A stretch of DNA of 64,000 bases from Selaginella moellendorffii (taxonomy: Eukaryota; Plantae; Lycopodiophyta). A program made the position numbers and the translations under genes. The DNA lies in assembly GCF_000143415.4 (NCBI RefSeq), contig NW_003314285.1, positions 1 through 64,000 of the forward strand. Direction: 5' to 3'. The notes beneath the pieces are model-generated. The model worked only from the letters and a program-made list of their open reading frames with translations, made no database searches and was not told the DNA's origin. Below, in pieces: positions 24,399 to 34,179 of this stretch (position 1 is its first letter; the number at the start of each line of letters is the position of its first letter).

Positions 24399-26057
24399 AT
24401 GGGTTTTGCAAGCGGAGCTAGTGTCAGATCGATTCAAAGTTCAAGATCGAGATCGATCAAGCAGCTCCCTGTTGATTCTTCCAACACCTACTCTTCCAAT
24501 CTTGTCATCCAGCAGCTCGGGCGATCCGGCAACCTCGAAAACGCTCGCGGTGTTTTTGATAATCTCCAGCCCAGGAACGTGTTCTCGTGGGGAATCTTGT
24601 TATCGGCATATACCCAGAATGGGTATCATTCAGCTGCAAAGGCCATGTTTGAAAAGATGCCGGAGTGGAACGTCGTTTGCTGGACATCAGCGTTCCAATC
24701 TATCTCACAAAGCGGCCATTTGGCCGATGCCAAGTTCATGTTTGATTCTATGCCCGAGCGTACGGTAGTGACGTGGACGGCCATGGTCACGGTATATGCC
24801 CAAACCGGGCATCTATCCAAAGCTAAGGCCGTGTTTGATTCTATGCCCCAACATAACGTTGTCTCGCGTACGGCAATGCTGACGGGTTTTTCTGAAAAGG
24901 GTCAGATAGACGAAGCGCGTGTTTTATTTGATGCTGTTAACGACCGAGACGTGATCTCGTGGAACGCGATGATTTCTGCAAATGCCCAGAACGGGCATTG
25001 CGACGAGGCGAAGTTTTTGTTTGATACCATGCGAGAGAAAAACTCTGTGACGTGGAACGCGCTGCTGTCAGGATTGGCGGAGAATGGACGGCTGGATTCT
25101 GCGAGAGATCTCTACCACAGGATGCCACAGCAAAACGTTGTCTCGTGGACTGCCATGATTGGCGCATATTCCCAGTGTGGGCATCTTGACCACGCCAGGG
25201 CCGTGTTTGAGATGATGCCCGACCGCAACGTCGTCTCATGGACGGCCATGATGACTGCCCTTGCCATCAGCGGGGATATCGACGGCGCAAAAGCTACGTT
25301 CGATACCATGCCCGAGAAAAACGAGGTATCTTGGTGTCTTATGGAGGCCGTGTTTGCCCAGAAGGAACGATTGGAAGATGCCGGGAATGTCCTCGCTAAG
25401 ATGCCGGTTTGGAGCGTGATATCCTGGACCACCATGCTGGCGGCATATTCCCATGGAGGGCATCTCTCCAAGGCAGTGGAGGTTTTCGCTGAGATGCCCG
25501 ACCGCAATGCCGTGTCGTGGACAGTGATGCTCATGGCATATACCCACAACGGGCATCTTTATGACGCCCAGAGAATCTTTGATGAGATGCCCGACCGAGG
25601 GGTGGCTTCCTGGAGCGCGATGGTCGCGGCATATGCCCAAAATGGGCGCGCCGCCGCGGCGAGGAATCTCTATTGCGCGATGAATCAGGATGGGATCAAG
25701 CCGGACGAGCTCTTCTTCAAGACGATCCTGGCGGCATGTAGCCACATTGGCTCTGTGGACGAGGCCTGGCACTACTTTGTGTCGATGATCGCGGATTACT
25801 CCCTAGAGCCCTCGATGGATCACTGCTCGGCTATGGCGGACGCGCTAGGGCGGGCGGGCCGGGTCAAGGACGCCGAGGAGCTCGTCAAAAGCATGCCCTA
25901 TCTCCCCAATGCGAGCTCCTTGGGAGCCCTCGTTGGATCGTGTAGAACGAGCAGCGACGTCGATCGAGGGGCCCAGGCGGCAAAAGCAATGGCGGAGATC
26001 TTGCCACGCGACTCCGCGCCTTACGTGGCGTTGTCCGGAATGTGTGCTGAGGTGTAG
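24399..26057 (+). CDS. PLS-class PPR protein (short-motif rich) with E domain, no DYW; intronless
   Basis: Tandem ~31-aa repeats (FDSMPERTVVTWTAMVTVYAQTGHL); LAACSHIG...ADALGRAGR...SAPYVALS end. Confidence 0.92.
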   Translation: MGFASGASVRSIQSSRSRSIKQLPVDSSNTYSSNLVIQQLGRSGNLENARGVFDNLQPRNVFSWGILLSAYTQNGYHSAAKAMFEKMPEWNVVCWTSAFQSISQSGHLADAKFMFDSMPERTVVTWTAMVTVYAQTGHLSKAKAVFDSMPQHNVVSRTAMLTGFSEKGQIDEARVLFDAVNDRDVISWNAMISANAQNGHCDEAKFLFDTMREKNSVTWNALLSGLAENGRLDSARDLYHRMPQQNVVSWTAMIGAYSQCGHLDHARAVFEMMPDRNVVSWTAMMTALAISGDIDGAKATFDTMPEKNEVSWCLMEAVFAQKERLEDAGNVLAKMPVWSVISWTTMLAAYSHGGHLSKAVEVFAEMPDRNAVSWTVMLMAYTHNGHLYDAQRIFDEMPDRGVASWSAMVAAYAQNGRAAAARNLYCAMNQDGIKPDELFFKTILAACSHIGSVDEAWHYFVSMIADYSLEPSMDHCSAMADALGRAGRVKDAEELVKSMPYLPNASSLGALVGSCRTSSDVDRGAQAAKAMAEILPRDSAPYVALSGMCAEV

Positions 26058-26299
26058 GGTGAGATTGCCTGCCACGCCGGTCGGATTTTCTGCGTGAGCT
26101 CTCCACGTCATTGGCTTCTTCGCGGTTTATTAGGGCTTTGGAAATTCGAATGACGCCCTTTCGACGATCTCTCTGTTTCCCTGGACCATTCTCGATCGTT
26201 CGTTCGGCCTATGCGCGCTGGTGGATCGGTAGATCAGTCGCACTGGATCGATCTCCTTGGCGCGGGTGAGAGATCGATAAATCGCACAGGATTCCAGCA

Positions 26300-27490
26300 A
26301 TGCCCAAGAAGAAGGCATTGCTGCCGAGGCCGGTGGTGTCACGAAGCGAGCCCGCGGAGGAGCACGAGTCCGAGGGCGAGGACGAAGAGGACGAGTTCTC
26401 GGTGCAAATCGCCCCCGGGCTCCTCCCAGCGCCTCTCCGGCTCGATCCACCGGGACCCAGCGACCCGGTGATCGCCCCCTACGCGGATTTCTTGCATTTC
26501 ACCCAGGTACCCGATGTTCCTCGCAAGCTCGCGGGCGCCCAGGAGGTCCGAGGCCAGTCGTGGCCGCTCGCGCCACCCGACGAGATTTGCCGCGGCTCCA
26601 CGAACATTTCCATCAGCAGCAGCAAGGACGTAGCGCTGCCGCCCTTGATCTTCTCCAAGCAGCACAAGTTCACGGTGGTTTGCTACAGCGAGCCGGACCC
26701 AAACGGCGATGGCGGCGATGCCAACAAGCTTTGCTCGGTGGTGTCGGTGGAGAAAGAGAGGGATGGCGAGGACGATGAGATCTTGCAAGGCCGCGATCTG
26801 GAGGGAAGGATCACCAGGTTTGGCGATTTGAGCAGCAAGGTGGACTTTTGCATGCAAGTGAGGAGCTTGTATAAGTTTGAGACGAGGATCGTGAACGACA
26901 CAACCGGTGTTTTCAAGAGCACGAAGCCTCGGGTGTGTGGAGCGTGCTCGTTGCAAGCTCGAGCGGAGCTCCTCCCGGATTTGAGGCACAAGTATGGGTT
27001 TTTGTTCCGGCACACGATCCACGTCCACGGCCCCGCGGGGTGTGATTTCGAGAGCAAGGTGAGACTCGCCGATCGATCCCGGGTGGATGTTCTCGCCGTC
27101 AAGATCGGCCCGAGCGCCAGCGGAGGATCATCCAAGCCGGAAGTGTTGAGAGTGTTGCAAGTGACGCATTTCATCGGGGTGAGCATCACGCCCATCCCGA
27201 GAACTTCGTCGGCGATGCCGAGGCCGCTGCCACCCGAGTTTCGCGATCCCCAGCACTTGACCATGGACGAGGATTTTTTCGACAGGGCGGAGCTAACTTT
27301 CCAGGACAAGGAAGAAGAGGATGTTCCGCCACCTTCGAATCCTCCCTTTAGACGCCCCAGCCGATCCGAGCCAGGTATAACCAATGCCTTCACACTGCGT
27401 TGCGTGATCATGGTCTATTGTGAACTGATGTTTTTCGAGGTTCTGATTGAAAATTCCAGCATGAAGACTGCTACTGAGGGAAGACAATAG
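26300..27490 (+). CDS. Hypothetical protein, 396 aa, no recognised domain
   Basis: Long GC-rich ORF with acidic and Pro-rich termini. The 3' end may be spliced at CAG|GTATAA (~27375), where composition turns AT-rich. Confidence 0.6.
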   Translation: MPKKKALLPRPVVSRSEPAEEHESEGEDEEDEFSVQIAPGLLPAPLRLDPPGPSDPVIAPYADFLHFTQVPDVPRKLAGAQEVRGQSWPLAPPDEICRGSTNISISSSKDVALPPLIFSKQHKFTVVCYSEPDPNGDGGDANKLCSVVSVEKERDGEDDEILQGRDLEGRITRFGDLSSKVDFCMQVRSLYKFETRIVNDTTGVFKSTKPRVCGACSLQARAELLPDLRHKYGFLFRHTIHVHGPAGCDFESKVRLADRSRVDVLAVKIGPSASGGSSKPEVLRVLQVTHFIGVSITPIPRTSSAMPRPLPPEFRDPQHLTMDEDFFDRAELTFQDKEEEDVPPPSNPPFRRPSRSEPGITNAFTLRCVIMVYCELMFFEVLIENSSMKTATEGRQ

Positions 27491-29080
27491 TTGACTGCTC
27501 ACACTCTTGTGTTCTTAAATCTAATGTTTGGTTTAGATTGGATAATGCAGTATACAATCTCTTTAGAATTTATTTTTATTATAAATTGGTAGATTCGTAT
27601 AAACTAGCATTCCTTAATTAAATGATTGAGCTTCACATTAGCACAATTTGATTGGTTTGTGGTTGTTTTTGTATCAATAATATATTTATGCTCTTTTGTG
27701 GTCACAATATCTTTTGTAAATTTGTCCATACTTGATTTTTTCTTGAGTTTCTATAGCTATTTTTATAGTTGTAACCAAATTATGTAAAAGGCTTACCTGC
27801 AAGGTAGTCATATTGTTTATTTATTGAAAAAGTTATCTTCCAAGTTCTAGAAATAGTTAAAGTCATAAAACCCATACCAAATATAGATTTCCTAAGGAAT
27901 TTACTAAATATTAAAAATTGGGGGAAGTCTTTTCTCCAAATGCATTCTCCTGAGCCTTTTTAAAGAGTGTTTGAGGTGTCAAGAGAGTATTCAGCAAATT
28001 TATAAAGCTTGAAGTGCATACTAATGACAACTATGTGAAAGTAAATGTGGAGGTAAGAATTTTTCAACTTTATTATATTATTAGTACCAAGCTAAAAATG
28101 ATGAGAAAGAATTTACTCTTAAACTAAATCATCTTTGAACAAAATTCAATTAGATTTTGGCCCATAAAGAAAATTTTATTATACTTAAAGCAAACATATA
28201 AAGGGACTAATGGATTAGTTCCTTTTAGATATACCCCATTTATAATGTGAGCACTAACATACCACAACCTAGCAAATTGTCAACTCTTAAAAATGATCAG
28301 TAGTTTTTTTCAAAGAAAAGAACTAATAGAATCCCACATTAAAGAACTAACTGTTAGAGAATATTTTTGTTTATTCAGGGTAAATTTTCTCTAGTATTGT
28401 TTTAGCATTTAATTGTGTAGAGTGTTTTTGTAATTATTACACAATAAATTTAATGTTTTTGAATAAAATATAAACATTTTATATAATAATAAATTTCTAA
28501 ATTAAATTATATATAAATAATAATATTTAATACTAAAAAATTATACATTGGGAAAAAAGAATAAACTCTCTTGAATTTAGATTATTGAAACCAAAATATA
28601 TATCATTGATAAGAATATGCCATGAATAAAATCATGGGAGTACACTCATGTGTAGGAGAGCCCTCCAATTATATATATACACATACATATATACATATGT
28701 AGCATATACTTTTTGTATGTTGAGTAAAGATTTTTATAATGCACTGTGAGGGCAGTCACAGTACTTGTTTTATATTTTTATTTATTTAGTCATGTACTAG
28801 GATTTGTATCTACCTGTATTATTTTGTTTCTATAATATAACATTGCCATATTTTTCCTATTTATTAGTCCAAAGGATCAAATAGAAGTTTATAATTAATA
28901 AAAAGGTTAGCTAATAAATTAAAATAGAATATATCAGGAAATTTTTAGGAAATTTTACAAATTATAAACATATTTATAATTTAGAAATACAAGATTAATC
29001 TAAATAAATAACAATGGTAGAATATTCTAGAAATTCAAGCATATTCTAGGTATATCCACTACTACCCCAATCCCCTTAAT

Positions 29081-29327
29081 ATTGCAGTTGATCTTTTAAC
29101 AGTTGTAGATCATGAAATTACAGTCTTTAATCTACATCATAGTATCAAAAAAAAGTACTTATAGAATCTCAAAATTTATAAAATTGATTCACTATTAATT
29201 TAATGAAAATGTTTATATTTAAAGTTCTAGATTTTCTTACTATTATAGGTAATTTTAATAATTTTTTAATAATGGTTGACTTTATAGATCATTGATCTAA
29301 AACAGTTAAAAGATCAAAAACTGCAAT
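29081..29327. mobile_element. MITE-like element with ~45-bp imperfect terminal inverted repeats
   Basis: ATTGCAGTTGATCTTTTAACAGTTGTAGATCA at the left versus TGATCTAAAACAGTTAAAAGATCAAAAACTGCAAT at the right; no clear TSD. Confidence 0.6.
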
Positions 29328-29636
29328 CCATGTGGGTCCTTATAGGTTTACTTAAGAAAACCAAAAATCATATTTAAACCAATATAGTTAAAAACCATCC
29401 AATTAATAATTTTTTATCTTCTTTATTTACTAGATTATTTTTAATTTGTTAAATATATATTTTATGAATTAATAAATTTAAGTAAAATAGAAAAAATTAA
29501 AACACATAATTATATACCACTCACATAAATTCATATTGCATCAAAACAGAATACCAACCAAGAGCATTAAATTAGAGTGATCAAGTAAGGAATATCATAC
29601 TTCTTATATCAAAATAATAGGGAAAGTAATAATACA

Positions 29637-29915
29637 TTGCTACATGTTGCATATAGCAATGCTTCTTTTGTTTAATAATTGTGTTATTCTTACTTATTAA
29701 TCTAATTGATCAAATAAAGTTTATAATTCTAAGCATGTTTGCAATTTATAAACACAAGATTAATCTTATTGCATATCAACCATTAGATGATAGAATTAAA
29801 ATGAATATACTAGAAAGGGTTTAAAAAAGTTTATAAATTATAAACATGTTTATAAATTATAAATATAAGATTAATCTAAATGAATGACAAGCATATTCTA
29901 AATATATCCACAAAC
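29637..29915. repeat. Copy of the dispersed AT-rich repeat at 2140-2435
   Basis: Same-orientation similarity over about 280 bp. Confidence 0.75.
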
Positions 29916-32365
29916 CAAAAATACATTTTAATTGTTAACAACTATAATCACTGTTATAACAGTCTAGATTAGTCCATACATAGGGATCACACCCTCGAAA
30001 AGTGGGTTTGAAGACACAGGATAGAGGTTTTTCCACAACAGTTGACTTCATTTCAGGTTTTCACCTTGTTTTAGTGATTTAACCAATATGCTTCAACTTT
30101 GCTTTAATAGTTTTAAATATATTAAATGTTCTTAAGGTCTGCCTAGAGGAACTTAGCTCACTTTCACTCTCCCTCACAAAGAACTTCTTAAGCCAGTTCA
30201 TATGCTTGAAGTTGTTTTATTTCTAGCAAGAATGTCACAAGCTGCATTGCAAGGGCCTTATCAAATAAGAGCATTTAGAGATTATGCTCTTGCCAAGGAA
30301 CATAACAAACTAAATGATGTGGTTTTTGGATTTTATATGTGTGTTAAATTCAAATTAGTGTATAGTTATCCATATGGCAAATTTTTCTATCATTTTTATA
30401 TATAATTTCAGCATTATGTATAGATTTATATATGGATTTTTTTTAACTCTGAAGCAATAACACATTCTTTCCTATGGTTTTTTCACATAATTTTTTATAG
30501 CTCAAATAATCACAGTTTATAGTTCACTGATACATTATTCTAGGTTATTATCCAAATAGTTTTCTAAAGCTCATACGTTATATGATTATTCATAAGCACA
30601 TCCCATACCAATTGGTTTTTCCATTTTTTTCTCCAAGGTTTCTAGATATTCCATTTATATAATTCTATCTATCTATCTATATATTACTTTTTTTAATACA
30701 TTTTTCTTTATTTGCAATAATAAAATCTTAAAATAATATCTCTACTAAGTTTTATACTTATATAAGCCTATAATAGAAATAATAACAATAATAATTAGAA
30801 AAATACATCTACATTATTAAGTTTCTGATATAAAAGCCCTAGATTGATAATTTTTTCATCAATTATATAAAGATATAGACACATTCCTAATAACTAATAT
30901 TAAGTGAGTATTTTTCTTGGTATCATTGTTTTGAAAGCATCTACATTCTTCAGTATCACATAAGGACTAAATAAGTAAATGTGAAACACTCAAGCTCAAA
31001 CACAAAAGGCTTAGCATTACTTATATTCATTTGCCTCCCAGGTGACTCCTTTGTGAAACTAGAGCCAATATTTTATGCCTTAGGGAAGTGAGCCTTATCC
31101 TAAAGTCCTTCATTGAATTTTGAAGATGCTACATTCTTTTCGTTAATTGGCTTTTCCAAAATCATATCTAGGATTTGAATTCTAATCGTGATGGTGGCTA
31201 GGGTTTTGATAGGAGATAGGGCTATACATTAGTGTCAGGACCCAAAGATGGTGAACTCACATCCTTTATTGGATAGTTTGGGAGGTTTCTTTTGGCACAA
31301 TCCCATAGATGGATATGAGGGGACTTTTGGGGGATTTTGGAACTATTGGCAAGGATTTGCTACCACAAGGCTGTATCAACATTGTACCACTCTTGTTTCA
31401 CTTGGTTGCACAGATGGTGGGTTGGATTGACATAGAGCTGTGGTGGAATTTTTGGGATTTCCATGTGGTACTTTATTGAGAGGGTTTGTGTGGACCTGAG
31501 CTAGGGTTTTTTGTGACAATGGAGTCAGCACAAAGTGGCAAAAATATCCCAACAAGCAAGATGCACGGAGGAAGCTTAGCATTTAGGACATTGGCAGTCA
31601 TCTCTTGCCTCTGTACCACGACATGTTGGAGGCTCGAGGTTGGAAGTTCTCACAAACAACACTTGCTAGTGCCAGCAGCACTGTCATAGAGGGGCAATCA
31701 ACCAAGCTCCAGATGTCTTCTTTAGTGCCACCCTGGCCTTCTCCACTGCTACCTTGGCCGTCCTCAAGGGCGACACAGCGTTGCAAACCAGTAAGATTGT
31801 CATTTGGTTTCCATAGAGTTATAGAGTTATAATTTAGGTTGATCCATCCATATGAATGCACAGTTTTGTAAAACTCAGTGAAGACTTATCTCGGGTGATG
31901 ATCGGCTGCAGGAGAAACTATCAGTCCTATAGGTTTTTGGTTTGTCCTTTTGGGAAATATACCTACCAGAGCGAGTATGTCGAAGGAGAATGCTGTATAG
32001 TAGCCTGGAAAGTTGGGCTACGCTTTTATCCTGTGAGTTCCTGAGTTGATCAAACTCTACTGAGTCCTTTATTCATGAGTATATTGTCTCTAGATTGGTG
32101 GTTGTGCCATGACCTCTTTTTCCATAGCGTGCTTACGTGTTGTGGCAGTGCTATTGACGCTTGGAGTCTCATATGAGCGTCGCCGGGAGTGGAATTGAAG
32201 ATCCTTGGCTCTCTGATCTCTTCCTTTCCATGCCGCTCACTGGCCCTGAGAAACGTTTGGCAAGCTAATATGTTCACAAGCAATGTTGGCAGGCTTAAAA
32301 GTTTGTTGATCTCCCCCCAAAGCCAGAAATTGATCTTTTGAACTCCTCAGATTTAAAATGTGATA

Positions 32366-32374
32366 AACCCTAGA
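32366..32374 (+). promoter_or_regulatory. Telo-box (AAACCCTA) at the 5' end of TrpRS
   Basis: AAACCCTAG immediately upstream of the ORF; telo-boxes are typical of plant translation-machinery genes. Confidence 0.55.
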
Positions 32375-32424
32375 TGTGGAGGATTAGGGCTAGGCAGCTC
32401 GCTTGCAGGGCCTTGGAGAAGGAG

Positions 32425-34179
32425 ATGGCGCAGGAGCAAGTGGTGACGCCGTGGGAGGTGTCGGGCAGCGGAGCTATCGATTATGACAAGCTCATCTCGC
32501 AATTTGGATGCGAGAAGCTGGAGCAGCGCCTCATTGACAGGGTCGTCAAGCTCACTGGCAAAAGAGCACACACGTTTCTTCGTCGCGGCGTCTTCTTTGC
32601 TCACAGGTACGTCGTCTAGATTGAAGAGTTGGACAGAGAGCATTTTTCTTCTGCTCCCAGAGACTTTGAGAAAGTCCTCGATTCTTACGAGAAGGGAGAG
32701 AAGTTTTACCTCTATACTGGACGAGGGCCATCGTCAGAAGCTCTTCATCTCGGCCATTTGATACCATTCATGTTCACAAAGTAGGTGTCGGCATTTTTTA
32801 TTTTTTTTTCCATCGCTTTCTTCTGTAGATATTTGCAGGATGCTTTCAAGGTTCCGCTTGTCATACAGCTCACAGACGATGAGAAGTGTATGTGGAAGAA
32901 TCTGAGCGTGGAGGAGACCAAGAGACTTGCACGGGAAAATGCCAAAGACATCATAGCCTGCGGCTTTGACATAAGCCGGACATTCATTTTCAGTGATTTC
33001 CAATATGTCGGTCGGTAAGTCATGTTGCTTCGTTCTAGTTTCTCGGATTGAATCAGCATGGTGTTTTTCCAGTGGATTCTATGAAAACATGATTAGCATC
33101 GCCAAGAGTGTGACCTTCAATCAGGTCCGAGTCCAGTTTGTCGCTATTTAAATTTTACTCAGTAGGAACTTGATGATTCAGGTGAAGGGCATTTTTGGTT
33201 TTGATGGCGAGTCTCATATTGGCAAGATTTTCTTCCCAGCTGTTCAGGTACTTAGTCTGCTCGCGTCTCCTCTCCGCCTAAATCGTACATCTGTACAGGC
33301 AGCTCCGTCTTTTCCAACCTCCTTTCCTCATCTATTTGGGACCAAAAGCAAGATCAAATGCCTCATACCTTGCGCGATTGATCAGGTAAGCTCTTTACTA
33401 TTCCACTAGTAACTAAGGTTTTTCTTACCGATACAGGACCCATACTTTCGAATGACTCGCGATGTTGCTCCAAGACTAGGCTACCAAAAGCCTGCCTTGA
33501 TTGAGTCGAGGTTTTTCCCCGCATTACAGGTGAGTGCTTCTTTTTAAAACTTATAGCACTAAGGCGTTCCACATTTCAGGGAGAGAGTGGCAAAATGTCT
33601 GCTAGTGATACGAACTCTGCAATTTACGTGAAGGATACCCAAAAAGAGATCAAGAAAAAGGTACGAGCAGCGTTAGAGTCTTACGGGTCTGACATGCTTC
33701 ATAGATCGCGAATTATGCATTATCTGGAGGCGGAGATACGAAGGAGCTACAACGAAAGAACGGTGCCAATCTTAAAGTGTGGTGTTCCCGCGTTCTCGAT
33801 CGGTCTTATATTCTTTTTTAAATTTATGTTACAGGTCGATATACCATTCAAATACTTGACGTTCTTCCTGGACGACGACGAGGAGCTCGAGAGAATAAGA
33901 GACGCAAGTAATCTCTTTGTTTTTTCAATTTTACTAACATGTTCAGTTTTTACAGGAGTATGGGTCGGGAAGAATGCTCACTGGAGAGATAAAAAACATA
34001 CTGAGCGATGTTCTGTGGAAGATGGTTGAGCAGCATCAGCAGGCTCGTTTAGCCGTCACAGAAGAGGTTTGGAACGTGAAATAGAACACCATGGTTACTA
34101 AGTGATGAGGATTGTTATAATGCAGATGGTGGATGCTTTTATGGCTCCAAGAGAAATGCCTTTTATGTTTGAAAAGTAG
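32425..34179 (+). CDS. Tryptophanyl-tRNA synthetase, cytosolic type, multi-exon
   Basis: [68 protein letters not shown] and KMSAS; stop at 34177-34179. In-frame upstream ATG at 32374. Confidence 0.96.

Noticed and set aside
31000-32050. Possible decayed F-box-type gene; similar-looking tract at 34200-35500
   Set aside because: Only vague compositional resemblance, many stops and no diagnostic motif.
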